A stretch of 64,000 nucleotides of DNA from an uncultured Gemmatimonadaceae bacterium. Lineage in GTDB: Bacteria > Gemmatimonadota > Gemmatimonadetes > Gemmatimonadales > Gemmatimonadaceae. The stretch lies in assembly GCA_963751275.1 (NCBI GenBank), contig CAVVTZ010000007.1, positions 480,001 to 544,000 of the forward strand, read 5' to 3'. The stretch's first letter is position 1. Each line of letters opens with the position of its first letter. The translations under genes were made by a program, and so were the position numbers. The notes beneath the pieces were generated by a model. That model made no database searches. It was not told the origin of the DNA and saw only the letters and a list, made by a program, of their open reading frames with translations. This document shows positions 11,588 through 21,217 of this stretch, piece by piece.

Positions 11588-12130
11588 TTGCTCCACCCCT
11601 GGCATCACCTGTCGCCCGGCCGGCACCCGCCGGAAGAGGTGACCGCGCTCGTCGAGATCCCGAGCGGCAGCCGCAACAAGTACGAACTCGACAAGGAGAC
11701 GGGACTGCTGCGTCTCGACCGCGTACTGTACTCGGCCGTGCATTATCCCGGCGACTACGGATTCATCCCGCGCACGCTCGCGGAGGACCACGATCCGTGC
11801 GACATCCTGGTGCTCGTGAACGAGCCCACCTTCCCGGGATGCCAGATCGACGCGCGCCCGATCGGCGTGCTGAAGATGACCGACCGCGGCGAGCCGGACG
11901 ACAAGATCCTCGCGGTGCCCATCAACGATCCATTCTTCGGCGAGTACTTCGACATCGCGGACATCCCGCAGCATTACCTGAAGGAGGTCGAGCACTTCTT
12001 CCACATCTACAAGGATCTGGAAGGGAAGCGCGTGCAGACCGTGGGCTGGGGGAAGAGCGACGAGGCGATGACCGTGATCCGCGAGGGGATCGCGCGGTAC
12101 GCGGAGAAGTTCTTGACGGCGACGCCCTGA
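11588..12130 (+). CDS. ppa: Soluble inorganic pyrophosphatase (family I)
   Basis: EIPSGSRNKYELDK, YPGDYGFIPRTLAEDHDPCD, DDKILAV; TTG start approximate. Confidence 0.95.
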   Translation: MLHPWHHLSPGRHPPEEVTALVEIPSGSRNKYELDKETGLLRLDRVLYSAVHYPGDYGFIPRTLAEDHDPCDILVLVNEPTFPGCQIDARPIGVLKMTDRGEPDDKILAVPINDPFFGEYFDIADIPQHYLKEVEHFFHIYKDLEGKRVQTVGWGKSDEAMTVIREGIARYAEKFLTATP

Positions 12131-12172
12131 CTGCTAACGGCAGACGTCGGCTGTCGCCTGCCACTGCGAATG

Positions 12173-12682
12173 CTAGTGGTGCGCCGTCGCTGCCTCGAAC
12201 GCGGAGCGTGAACTGGGGTCCATCTGCGTGAGCTGGTCGGGCATCTGGGCCGGCGCACGATGGATCGGGAGTGGGCCGCAGGCTATGATCATGCTGCCCG
12301 CGCTGTCGGCGCCCAGGCGGAATACCACGGTATCCACGTCGGCGGCGGTCGTGAAATGCCAGATCGGAACGGCGTTGATCCCCGGTTCACCGGATTCCGC
12401 TGTGCCCACGATGCGGTAATACGCGGTCACGAGCACGCTATCCTTCCCTGGTCCTGGACGCGCGCCGTCCACGGTGACGCCGCTCGTGACGTGGAGCGCC
12501 GGCGTCAGCGCCGCGCCGTTGCAGGAGGCCACCAGCGACATCGCCTCCTCCCAGCTGCCAAGCGTGTCGGCGTGCACGAATTGCGAGACGACCTTCTCCG
12601 CTTCGGCGCCGTGCGGCGGACCGCCGCACCCGGCAGCCGCCAGCAGGATCGCCGCGCCCGCGGCGGCAAGGTGGATTCGCAT
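12173..12682 (-). CDS. Hypothetical lipoprotein
   Basis: Lipobox-like AAAGC after a hydrophobic leader. Confidence 0.6.
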   Translation of the reverse strand: MRIHLAAAGAAILLAAAGCGGPPHGAEAEKVVSQFVHADTLGSWEEAMSLVASCNGAALTPALHVTSGVTVDGARPGPGKDSVLVTAYYRIVGTAESGEPGINAVPIWHFTTAADVDTVVFRLGADSAGSMIIACGPLPIHRAPAQMPDQLTQMDPSSRSAFEAATAHH

Positions 12683-12713
12683 GGACGGTAAGATAACGCG
12701 CCCGGCGGAAATG

Positions 12714-13961
12714 TCAGTCGGCGCGGCGCAAGACGAGCGCGGCGTTGATCCCGCCGAAGCCGAAACTGTTCGAGAGGATGTGCTCGGGCGCGCCGGCCAG
12801 TCCCGCGCGCGGCACGTGATCCAGCGCGCACGCCGCGTCGGGCGCTTCGAGATTCACGGTGGGCGGCAGCCAGTCGTTCTCCATCGCGAGCGCACAGATC
12901 GCCGCCTCGATGGCGCCGCTCGCGCCGAGCGCGTGGCCGTAGTAGCCCTTGGTGCCGCTCACCGGCAGCGACACCGTGCGGTCGCCGAACACGCGCTTGA
13001 TCGCGAGCGTCTCCGTGGAATCGTTCAGCGGCGTGGAACTCCCGTGCGCGTTCACGTAGCCGATGTCGGAAGCCGTGAGGTCCGCATCGTCGATCGCGCG
13101 CTGCATGCTGCGCGCGGCCTGCGATCCGTCGGGGCGCGGCGCAGTCATGTGATATGCGTCGTTGCTCATCCCATAACCGCAGATCTCGCCGTAGATCCGC
13201 GCGCCGCGCGCCTTTGCGCGCCCCATCTCCTCCAGCACGAGCACCGCGGCGCCTTCACCCATCACGAAGCCGTCGCGATCCTTGTCGAAGGGGCGTGACG
13301 CCGCGGTGGGATCCTCGTTCCGCGTGCTCATCGCGCGGATCAGCGCGAACGCGCCATAGCAGAGCGGCCACAGTGGCGCCTCGGCGCCGCCGGCGAGCAT
13401 GACGTCCGCGTAGCCATCGCGGATCTGCCGGAACGCATCGCCGATCGCGATCGTGCCGCTCGCGCAGCTCATCGCGTTCGTGCTGTTGGGGCCCTGCACG
13501 CCGAACTCGATCGCCACGTTGCAGCTGGCCGCGCCGCCGAAAACGGTGAGCGCCAGCATCGGGTTCACTTCCTTCACGCCCCCGGCGTAGAACACACCGC
13601 ACTGTTCCTCGGCGTAGCCCACGCCGCCGAGCGCCGTGCCCATCATCGCGCCGATGCGCTCCTTGTCCTCGGCGGCGAGATCGATGCCGGAATCCGCGAG
13701 CGCGAGCCGCGCCGTGGCCACGCTGAACTGGCCGAAGCGGTCGAGTCGCTTCGCGCGCTTCTGTTCGAGATGGTCGGTGGGAACGAAGTCGTTCACTTCG
13801 GCCGCGATGTGGCTCTTGAAGATGGAGGGATCGAAGCGCGTGATCTCGCGCACCGCGCTCCGTTGCGCGCGGAGTCCGTCCCACAACCCGGAGGCGGAGG
13901 TGCCGATCGGCGTGATGGCGCCAAGTCCCGTGATCGCGACGCGTCGTTTCATGTCATTCAC
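12714..13961 (-). CDS. FabF-like beta-ketoacyl-ACP synthase
   Basis: RRVAITGLG, MSCASG (catalytic Cys), NAHGSST, KGYYGHALGASG, SNSFGFGG. Confidence 0.93.
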   Translation of the reverse strand: MNDMKRRVAITGLGAITPIGTSASGLWDGLRAQRSAVREITRFDPSIFKSHIAAEVNDFVPTDHLEQKRAKRLDRFGQFSVATARLALADSGIDLAAEDKERIGAMMGTALGGVGYAEEQCGVFYAGGVKEVNPMLALTVFGGAASCNVAIEFGVQGPNSTNAMSCASGTIAIGDAFRQIRDGYADVMLAGGAEAPLWPLCYGAFALIRAMSTRNEDPTAASRPFDKDRDGFVMGEGAAVLVLEEMGRAKARGARIYGEICGYGMSNDAYHMTAPRPDGSQAARSMQRAIDDADLTASDIGYVNAHGSSTPLNDSTETLAIKRVFGDRTVSLPVSGTKGYYGHALGASGAIEAAICALAMENDWLPPTVNLEAPDAACALDHVPRAGLAGAPEHILSNSFGFGGINAALVLRRAD

Positions 13962-14503
13962 TACCCGTCAGAGGTGCATTGGAGCCGCGTTCCGCCGCGG
14001 CGGCGAGACCCGCGAGCGTGCGTGACGCGATCCCGTGGACGAACACCGGTCCGATCACGCGCGTCGCGGCGAAGCCGCCGATCAATGGCCACCACGGACC
14101 ATCCCACACATGGACGATGCGCACCAGCGTGCCGCCGTCAACCGGCGTGAAGCTCCATTCGACGTCCATGCCGCGGGTGACGCCCATGATGTGCCTGAAA
14201 CGTATTGCCGGGCGCACATCATCCACTTGCATCTCGGAGACCCACCAGGCGCGGATGCCGAAGATCCAGAACGGACGCCACGCTGCCATCTCGACGATGC
14301 CGCCGCCGTCCGTCGTGGGCTCATGGATGAGCACCCACCGGTAATGCGCGAGGTGATCCGGCCAACGCTCCACGTCGCGAGCGAGTCTCGAAGATCGTGC
14401 GCACCGGCGCGCGCACGAGGCGCTCATCCGCCGTCTCCATGAGCCGGCCGCCCGGCATGGCGCCGAGATCGTACGGCGGGCCCACCTCGATCTCCTCGCT
14501 CAC
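13954..14503 (-). CDS. SRPBCC / polyketide cyclase-aromatase family protein (one frameshift near 14385)
   Basis: VRAPVRTIFE..ARDVERWPDHLAHYRWV, IRFRHI.GVTRGMDVEWSF, GTLVRIVH. Confidence 0.8.
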
Positions 14504-15207
14504 ACCGCCTCCGCGGGCATCCACGCCGCCGTGGTGCGGAAGCCGAAGCGGTCGCGGACCTCGGCGTCGCGCGCGACCGCCGCGCGCACAAGGTCGCGTA
14601 GTTCGCCGCGGCGGAATCCGCGGAATACGGACACGACGCCATCGTGGCGGCTCACGGGATGGAAGCGCAGCGGATACGACGCGAGCCAGATCCCCGCGGC
14701 GGCGAGCCAGCTGCGCCGGAGTTCGCTCACGATCACGAGCCGCCGCGCTACGCGATGCAGCTCGCGCAGCAGCGCCAGCGCGGCGTCATCCTCGAAGTGG
14801 TGGAGCAACTGGGAGCATGTCACGTAATCGAAACTCCGGTCGCCGAAGGGCAGCGCGCGCGCGTCGGCGCAGGCCACCGGGAAATCCGCGCCGCGCGCGC
14901 CGCGCGCGAGCGCCTCCGCCAGTTCCACGCCGGCCGCACGCAGCGTCACGCCGCGCCCGCGCGCCATCGCGATCGCGCGGCGCGGGATGTCGCCGAGTCC
15001 GGTGCCCACATCGAGCAGCGTCGCGGAGCGCGCGGGCGATGCGGCCAGGGCGATATCGAGCTCGGCGAGCACGGCGCGCGTGCCGCCGAACAACGCGTTC
15101 GCGCGCGACACATCGGCGAGCGACCGCAGGCGGAGCCCCGCGTCGAGCGCGGGATCGTCCAGCAGCTCGACCCCCCGGCGGCGGCGCGGCGTGAGCGGCG
15201 AGTCCAC
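14500..15207 (-). CDS. SAM-dependent methyltransferase
   Basis: ELLDDP..SLADVSRANALFGG, LLDVGTGLGD, ADARALPF..FDYVTCSQLLHHF. Confidence 0.9.
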   Translation of the reverse strand: MDSPLTPRRRRGVELLDDPALDAGLRLRSLADVSRANALFGGTRAVLAELDIALAASPARSATLLDVGTGLGDIPRRAIAMARGRGVTLRAAGVELAEALARGARGADFPVACADARALPFGDRSFDYVTCSQLLHHFEDDAALALLRELHRVARRLVIVSELRRSWLAAAGIWLASYPLRFHPVSRHDGVVSVFRGFRRGELRDLVRAAVARDAEVRDRFGFRTTAAWMPAEAV

Positions 15208-15208
15208 G

Positions 15209-15688
15209 CTACCGCTCCATCTGCGTGTACCCACCGCGGTAGTAGAGCAGGGGCCGGCCATCGCGTGCGGTGGCGGCGGTCACTTCGCCCACGATGATCG
15301 AGTGATCGCCGCCCGCGTGGCGCGCGCGCACCGCGCACTCCAGCGACGCGAGCGTGCCGGCGAGCAACGCACAGCCGGTGATGCCGCGCGTGAAGGCGAG
15401 GCCGTCGAAGCGGCCGGCGTCGGGTTCGGCGAAGCGGCGCGAGATCATCTCCTGGTCACTGGCGAGCACGTTCACCGCGAACTCCTCCGCGCCCTGCAGC
15501 ACGCGATGCAGCTCGGCGCTGTGCTCCACGCAGATCAGCACGAGCGGGGGCGACAGGCTCAGCGAGCAGAAGGAACTCACGGTCATTCCATGATCGCGGC
15601 CGGCGGTGTCCTGCGCAGTCACCACGGTCACGCCGGTGGTGAACCGGCCGAGTACGCTGCGGAAGAGATCGGGATCGAGCATGGTCAC
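15209..15688 (-). CDS. Flavin reductase-like protein
   Basis: FRSVLGRFTTGVTVVT, GMTVSSFCSLSLSPPLV, GGDHSIIVGEV, PLLYYRGGY. Confidence 0.92.
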   Translation of the reverse strand: MTMLDPDLFRSVLGRFTTGVTVVTAQDTAGRDHGMTVSSFCSLSLSPPLVLICVEHSAELHRVLQGAEEFAVNVLASDQEMISRRFAEPDAGRFDGLAFTRGITGCALLAGTLASLECAVRARHAGGDHSIIVGEVTAATARDGRPLLYYRGGYTQMER

Positions 15689-16959
15689 GGTGCGGATGAC
15701 ACCGGCTGGATCGCCGGGGCCGCGGCGCGCGGCATGGAGAACAAGATGCGCGCGAGGAATCGCGGCGACAGCACAGCGGCCGGCGGCACGAAGTCGCCGG
15801 CGACCCCCACGAACAGATCGGCCATCGCGGGTGCGGCCGCCAGCGCGCGCGCGACGCGGTTCATGATCATCGGGCTCCCCGCCGCCAGGCCGACGAGCCG
15901 CTCCACCTTCCACTTGCCTCCGAACGCGCCGCGCCGCGCGCGATCGTATGCGGCGAGCGCTTCGTTCGCGACGGCGAGCGTGGGCGCGCCGAGCGCCGCG
16001 AGCGCGAAGGGCGCGAGCAGCTCGCCGCCGAGCAGCGCGGCGTAGATCCCCTCGCCGGTGAACGGGTCGAAGAAATCGGCGGCGTCGCCCACGAGCGCGG
16101 CGCCGGGCGCCCAGGCGCGGCGGGCGCGCTGTGCGAACGGCCCGGTCACGCTCACGCCGGTCACTCGCTCCGCGCCGGTGAATCGAGGCGCGAGCTGGGG
16201 ACGCGCCGCGATCCACGCTTCGAAGAAGCCGATCGCACGCCCGCGCGCATTGCGCGCAAGGTCCACCGGCGCGACGATCGCGACGTTGGTGAGCCCATCC
16301 TCCACCGTCGCCAACCCGCAGTAGCCGTCGCGCTCCACGTGCATCTCGCCGAACCCGTTCATGCCGCGCACACCGCGATAGTGCGCGACGAACGCGAGCC
16401 GCCGCGGGATGCGCGCGAAATGCGTGAGCCCGAGCCGGCGCGCGACGATCGAACGCAATCCGTCGGCGCCGATCACGAGCGGCGCACGGTGCTCGCGCTC
16501 GCCGGCGGCGGCGAGGGTGCGCACGCCGTTCACCTCGCCGCCCGCGCCAGTGCTGAGCGCCGTCACCTGTTCGCCCTCGAGCACCTCGACGCCGGCATCG
16601 CGCGCGGCGCCGAGCAGCAGCGCGTCGAGCACGATGCGGCGCAGGCCAAGTCCGCGGTCGCGGAAGCCGCGGAATCCGTGCGCCGCCGCGAAGTTGCCCT
16701 GCGCGAGCGTGCCATCCGGCGAGCGGACGATCATCCCCGCGAGCTGCGCCGCCCCCGCGCGCTCGCAGGCGCCGAGCACGCCCATCGCCTGCAGCAGCCG
16801 CAATGCCTCGGGGCTGAGATACTCGGCGCAGGTCTTGTCGCGGGGGAAGCGCGCGCGGTCGAGCAGGAGCACGCGCGCGCCGGCGCGGGCGAGATGCCAG
16901 GCGGCCGAGCTGCCGGCCGGCCCGCCGCCCACCACGATCACATCCGTGCGTCCGCTCAC
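15685..16959 (-). CDS. FAD-dependent oxidoreductase (geranylgeranyl reductase / monooxygenase-like)
   Basis: DVIVVGGGPAGS, FPRDKTCAE, VIGADG, LVGDAADFFDPFTGEGI. Confidence 0.9.
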   Translation of the reverse strand: MSGRTDVIVVGGGPAGSSAAWHLARAGARVLLLDRARFPRDKTCAEYLSPEALRLLQAMGVLGACERAGAAQLAGMIVRSPDGTLAQGNFAAAHGFRGFRDRGLGLRRIVLDALLLGAARDAGVEVLEGEQVTALSTGAGGEVNGVRTLAAAGEREHRAPLVIGADGLRSIVARRLGLTHFARIPRRLAFVAHYRGVRGMNGFGEMHVERDGYCGLATVEDGLTNVAIVAPVDLARNARGRAIGFFEAWIAARPQLAPRFTGAERVTGVSVTGPFAQRARRAWAPGAALVGDAADFFDPFTGEGIYAALLGGELLAPFALAALGAPTLAVANEALAAYDRARRGAFGGKWKVERLVGLAAGSPMIMNRVARALAAAPAMADLFVGVAGDFVPPAAVLSPRFLARILFSMPRAAAPAIQPVSSAP

Positions 16960-18404
16960 GACACCGCGCGCGCGATGCGCTGGAAGAGTCCCATGTAGCG
17001 CCAGTGCGGCCGTGGGAGCCGCAGCACGCCGGCGAGTCGCGTGAGGTGCGGCAGCAGCGGCGAGCGCGAGTCCGCGGAGAACATGAAGCGCGGGTGCGCG
17101 GCCGCGAAGGCGCGCAGCCGCGCGACGGTGGCTTCGAAGCCGAGCTCACGGGAGAAATAGAATCTCGGCACGAGCAGCGGATCCGCGGCCGCGACCACGC
17201 CTTCGTCGCGCGCGACGGTGTGCAGCGTCGTGCCGGGATAAATGCGGAGCCCCACCGTGAGATAGACGGCGTCGCCGCGCGCGAGACGGGCCGCCGCGAA
17301 GCGCAGCGTCTCCTCGAGCGTCGCCGGCGTCTCGCCGGGACCGCCCACGAGGAAGATCCAGAGCACGCCGATCCCGGCGGCTTCCACGCGCTCGGCTACC
17401 GCCTGCACCTGCGCCGCATCGAAGCCCTTCTGCAGGCGCGTGAGCACGGCGTCGCTCGCGCTCTCGGCCGTGATGCCCAGCCAGCGGAAGCCGGCGCGAC
17501 GCATGAGCGCGAGCAGCTCCGCGGGCGCCGCCGCGGGAGTGAAGTTCGTCGTGTCGAGATGCACGTTGAGGCCGCGCCGCATGATGGCCTCGCAGACATC
17601 CATCGCGTGGCGCGGCGGCGCATTGAACGTGGAGTCCACGAACTCGAAGTGTGTGACGCCGGCTTCGCGGTGGAGTTCCGCCATTTCTTCGGCGACGAGG
17701 TCCGGATCGCGCAGCCGGTAGCCCCACCCCTCCACGTTGAGGTACGTGCAGTAGATGCACTTGAAGACGCAGCCGCGCTTCGTCTGGATCGGCACGGTTC
17801 CGCCGCGCCGCTCGTAGCCGCGCAGGTCGAGCCACCGCTGCATGTGCGCTGGCGGGAGCGCATCGAGATCGGCGTCACCGCCGGGCGGCGTGAGTGTCAC
17901 GCCCTGCTCGCCGCGCTGCACGACACCCGGGATCGCGCCGGGCGCGCGGCCCGCCGCGAGCGCATCGAGCAGCGCGACCGTCGCGCGCTCGCCATCGCCC
18001 GCCACGGCGTAGTCCACGCCGAGCGTGTCGAAGAGCGCCTCGGGCGCCACGCCGAACGCCGCGCCGCCCGCGATCACGCGCGCCGCCGGCGCCGCCGCGC
18101 GCAGCGTGCCGAGGATCGCCACCGCCTCGGGCGTATAGTGCTGCAGCGCGATGAGATCGCTGTTGTCGATGTTGCGCATCGAGACGCCGAGCACATCGGG
18201 CGCGAACTCGCGCGCCGCCGTGCGTGCCGCGGCGTGCGGATCGCGAACGAACGCGAGATCGAGCACGCGCACCTTGTAGCGCGCGGCGCTCAGCGCGCCC
18301 GCCACGCACGCGATCCCGTTCGGCACCACCGGCATCGGCTGGCGCTCGCGGTTCGTGCTCACCAGCAGCACGCGCGGCGCATCCGATGCGGACCGGGCGG
18401 TCAC
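16956..18404 (-). CDS. B12-binding radical SAM enzyme
   Basis: N-terminal cobalamin domain (VLLVSTN..PMPVVPNG..VLGVSMRNIDN); KRGCVFKCIYC CxxxCxxC motif. Confidence 0.92.
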   Translation of the reverse strand: MTARSASDAPRVLLVSTNRERQPMPVVPNGIACVAGALSAARYKVRVLDLAFVRDPHAAARTAAREFAPDVLGVSMRNIDNSDLIALQHYTPEAVAILGTLRAAAPAARVIAGGAAFGVAPEALFDTLGVDYAVAGDGERATVALLDALAAGRAPGAIPGVVQRGEQGVTLTPPGGDADLDALPPAHMQRWLDLRGYERRGGTVPIQTKRGCVFKCIYCTYLNVEGWGYRLRDPDLVAEEMAELHREAGVTHFEFVDSTFNAPPRHAMDVCEAIMRRGLNVHLDTTNFTPAAAPAELLALMRRAGFRWLGITAESASDAVLTRLQKGFDAAQVQAVAERVEAAGIGVLWIFLVGGPGETPATLEETLRFAAARLARGDAVYLTVGLRIYPGTTLHTVARDEGVVAAADPLLVPRFYFSRELGFEATVARLRAFAAAHPRFMFSADSRSPLLPHLTRLAGVLRLPRPHWRYMGLFQRIARAVS

Positions 18405-18411
18405 GCCGCCC

Positions 18412-19272
18412 TCAGACGAAGGCGGACGCGATCGCGGCCGCCGCGAGGGCGCCGATGCCGGTGCTCAGCAGATTCACGAGATCGTTGTCGAGCCATGAAA
18501 GACCTCCGGCGGCCACGGTCTCCGTGCCGCAGTCGTGCACCTCGCGCTCGGTGGGCGCATCGCACGCCGGGCAGCGGCGCCGCGCCTGCAGCAGCGCCCC
18601 CAATAGCGAATCCGCCAACGCACCCGCCGTTCCCCCTGCCGCCGCCGCGACCGCGAGCGTCGCGGGCCAGCGCACCGTCCACGCGATCACCCCAATGAAA
18701 CACGCGCCCGCCGCCATCGCACCCAGCCCACGCGACGTCACGCCGCCCGACGTGCCGGGCGGCACCACGGCGCGCGTCGTGATCAGCCGCGGCGGCGCAT
18801 CACTCAGCGTGCCGATCTCCGTGCTCCACGTGTCGGCGCACGCGGTGGCGATCGCGCCGCCGCCGATCGCCGTCCACATCCACGTCCACGCGGGGAGGGA
18901 ATCCATCGTGCCCAGCTTGAGCCCCCATCCCGCCTTGATGGCCGCCGCCGCGAACGCGAACAGCGCGCCGTTCGCCAGCACCTGGAGCGCATCCCGCGCC
19001 CCCGCCTTCTCGATCACGCCGCCGGTGCGCCGCGCCTTCTCCTCCGCGCGGTTCTGCGACAGCGCCGTGGCGCTCACGAAGAACCCGATGAGCAGCGCGC
19101 CCCACGAATACCCCGCCGACACGGAAACAGTGCCGACGCCCACCGCCGCCGCTGCGCCCGACATCGTGAGCGAGCCCCGGCGGTTCGCCGCCACCGCGAT
19201 CGCCAGCGCCACGCCGAACCCCACCAGCATCCGCAGCGCGAATCCGTCGTCCGAGATCAGGAAGATGTTCAT
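18412..19272 (-). CDS. DUF92 family membrane protein with C-terminal Zn-ribbon-like motif
   Basis: GSLTMSGA, RDALQVLANG, ADTWSTEIG, VPPGTSGGVT, DSLLGALLQ..CPAC..HDCG, NDLVN. Confidence 0.9.
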   Translation of the reverse strand: MNIFLISDDGFALRMLVGFGVALAIAVAANRRGSLTMSGAAAAVGVGTVSVSAGYSWGALLIGFFVSATALSQNRAEEKARRTGGVIEKAGARDALQVLANGALFAFAAAAIKAGWGLKLGTMDSLPAWTWMWTAIGGGAIATACADTWSTEIGTLSDAPPRLITTRAVVPPGTSGGVTSRGLGAMAAGACFIGVIAWTVRWPATLAVAAAAGGTAGALADSLLGALLQARRRCPACDAPTEREVHDCGTETVAAGGLSWLDNDLVNLLSTGIGALAAAAIASAFV

Positions 19273-19365
19273 GGCGCTCAATAGTGCCGTGACCGCTCGC
19301 CCCCCCGCAAGCGAGCGTCCCCCGCCGTTGTTCGGCCGCCGCTGGGCGGTTACCTTCTCCTCGCA

Positions 19366-19995
19366 ATGGACAACACGGTCGACGCCCTCATCCCGCTCTC
19401 CTTCCTCGAAGCAGTCCGCAGCGTCGACAGCCCCGACGGCGATCTCGAGGCCGAGTTCGTCGCCGAGTTGCGCACCAAGCGCTTCGGCCTGAGCGACACG
19501 GTGTACGCACAGATCCGCCGCTACAACGAGGCGGTGAAGCGGAACATCCGCCCCCCGCAAGACGAAGCGGTGGCTCTCGCGACGCTCATCGGCCGGCGCC
19601 CCGACGCCGAAGCCGCCTTCCGCGCTGCCGGCCGCTACGTAGCGCGCGAGACCTACGCCCGCATCCCGGTCATCACGCGCCAGGCGATCGCGGTGCTGCC
19701 GTCGCTCCTCTCGCGGCCGATGGCGCTGGCGCAGACGCGGAGCATCGCGGAACGCTACTGGGGCGGCACGGTGCGCCGCACCGGCGCGCACCTGCTCCTC
19801 GAGGTGCGAAACTCCGTCACCGTCGAGAGCGCACCGGGTTCGCTCGGCTGCACGTACTACGAAGAGTCGCTGCACGAGCTGCTGCGCTTGCTCGGCGCCG
19901 CCAGCGGCCGCGTGGACCACGTGCGCTGCGCCGCGCGCAAGGAAGGGCACTGCGAGTGGCGCGTGGACTGGCGGAACATCGCGGTCGCGGCCTGA
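19366..19995 (+). CDS. Hypothetical protein with V4R-like C-terminus
   Basis: GCTYY...VDHVRCAARKEGHCEW resembles the V4R Cys pattern. Confidence 0.6.
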   Translation: MDNTVDALIPLSFLEAVRSVDSPDGDLEAEFVAELRTKRFGLSDTVYAQIRRYNEAVKRNIRPPQDEAVALATLIGRRPDAEAAFRAAGRYVARETYARIPVITRQAIAVLPSLLSRPMALAQTRSIAERYWGGTVRRTGAHLLLEVRNSVTVESAPGSLGCTYYEESLHELLRLLGAASGRVDHVRCAARKEGHCEWRVDWRNIAVAA

Positions 19996-20035
19996 CGCAC
20001 TTCCCGCCGCCGAGGGCGGGCGTTCTATTTCCATC

Positions 20036-21217
20036 ATGCTCACGACCGACTCCCTCCCTGCGCTCCAGCGCGCGATCGCCGAAGCCGGCGTCGATGGCTG
20101 GCTCCTCTATGATTTCCGCGGCGTCAATCCGGTGTCCGCCGGCGTACTCGAACTGCGCGGCATGGTGTCGCGCCGGATCTTCGTGTACGTGCCGACGAGC
20201 GGCGTGCCCACGGCGATCACGCACAACATCGAGCAGGGCCCCTGGCGCGACTGGCCCGCCGCGTGGAAGCGCGAGCGCTACAGCACGTGGCAGGAATTGG
20301 AGGGCTACGTCGCCGGCCTCGTGAAGGGGAAGAAGATCGCCATGGAGTATTCGCCGGGCGACGCGGTGCCGTACGTGGACTACATCCCCGCCGGCGTGCT
20401 CGAGATGGTGCGCGCCGCGGGCGCCACGGTGGTGTGCTCCGGGGAGATCGTGACGAAGTACTACGCCGTGTGGACGGAGCCGCAGATGGCGTCGCACGTG
20501 CGCGCTGCCGAGCAGGTGCGCGCCACGGCGCTGGAAGCGTTCGCCTTCGCCGGCGCGGCGCTCGCCAAGGGCGCGAAGATCCACGAGCACGAAGTGCAGC
20601 GGTTCGTCATGGACTCCTTCGTGAAGAAGGGGCTGGAGTTCGACCACGATCCGATCGTCGCCGCCGGCGCGAACGCGGCCGACGCGCACTACAGCCCGAG
20701 CGAGAAGCGCCCGCGGGCGCTCGCGAAGGGTGAGCTGCTCCTGATCGATCTGTGGGCGAAGGAACCCGGCGGCCTCTACGCCGACCAGACCTTCATGGCG
20801 GCGCTCGGCGCGCCGAGCGCACGGGCGACCGAGGTCTGGACCGCGGTGCGCGATGCGCGCGATGCGGCGATCGCGCGGCTCACCGAGTTGGTCGCGGCGG
20901 GGAAGCCCATTCGGGGCGGCGAGATCGATGATGCGGCGCGCGGTGTCATCACGAAGCGAGGATTCGGGAAATACTTCACGCACCGCACCGGGCACAGCAT
21001 CGACATGCGGCAGCTGCACGGCTCCGGCCCGCACATCGACAACTTCGAGACGCGCGAGGAGCGCATCCTGGTGCCCGGCGCCGGATTCTCGATCGAGCCC
21101 GGCATCTACATCGAAGGGGAGATCGGCGTGCGCAGCGAGGTGAACGCCTTTCTCGATCTCAAGGGCCGCCTCGTGGTGACGCCGAAGGACTACCAGAAGG
21201 AGCTGCCCGTCTTTTGA
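20036..21217 (+). CDS. M24 family Xaa-Pro aminopeptidase
   Basis: LIDLWAK, YADQT, FTHRTGHSI, FSIEPGIY, GVRSE. Confidence 0.92.
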   Translation: MLTTDSLPALQRAIAEAGVDGWLLYDFRGVNPVSAGVLELRGMVSRRIFVYVPTSGVPTAITHNIEQGPWRDWPAAWKRERYSTWQELEGYVAGLVKGKKIAMEYSPGDAVPYVDYIPAGVLEMVRAAGATVVCSGEIVTKYYAVWTEPQMASHVRAAEQVRATALEAFAFAGAALAKGAKIHEHEVQRFVMDSFVKKGLEFDHDPIVAAGANAADAHYSPSEKRPRALAKGELLLIDLWAKEPGGLYADQTFMAALGAPSARATEVWTAVRDARDAAIARLTELVAAGKPIRGGEIDDAARGVITKRGFGKYFTHRTGHSIDMRQLHGSGPHIDNFETREERILVPGAGFSIEPGIYIEGEIGVRSEVNAFLDLKGRLVVTPKDYQKELPVF

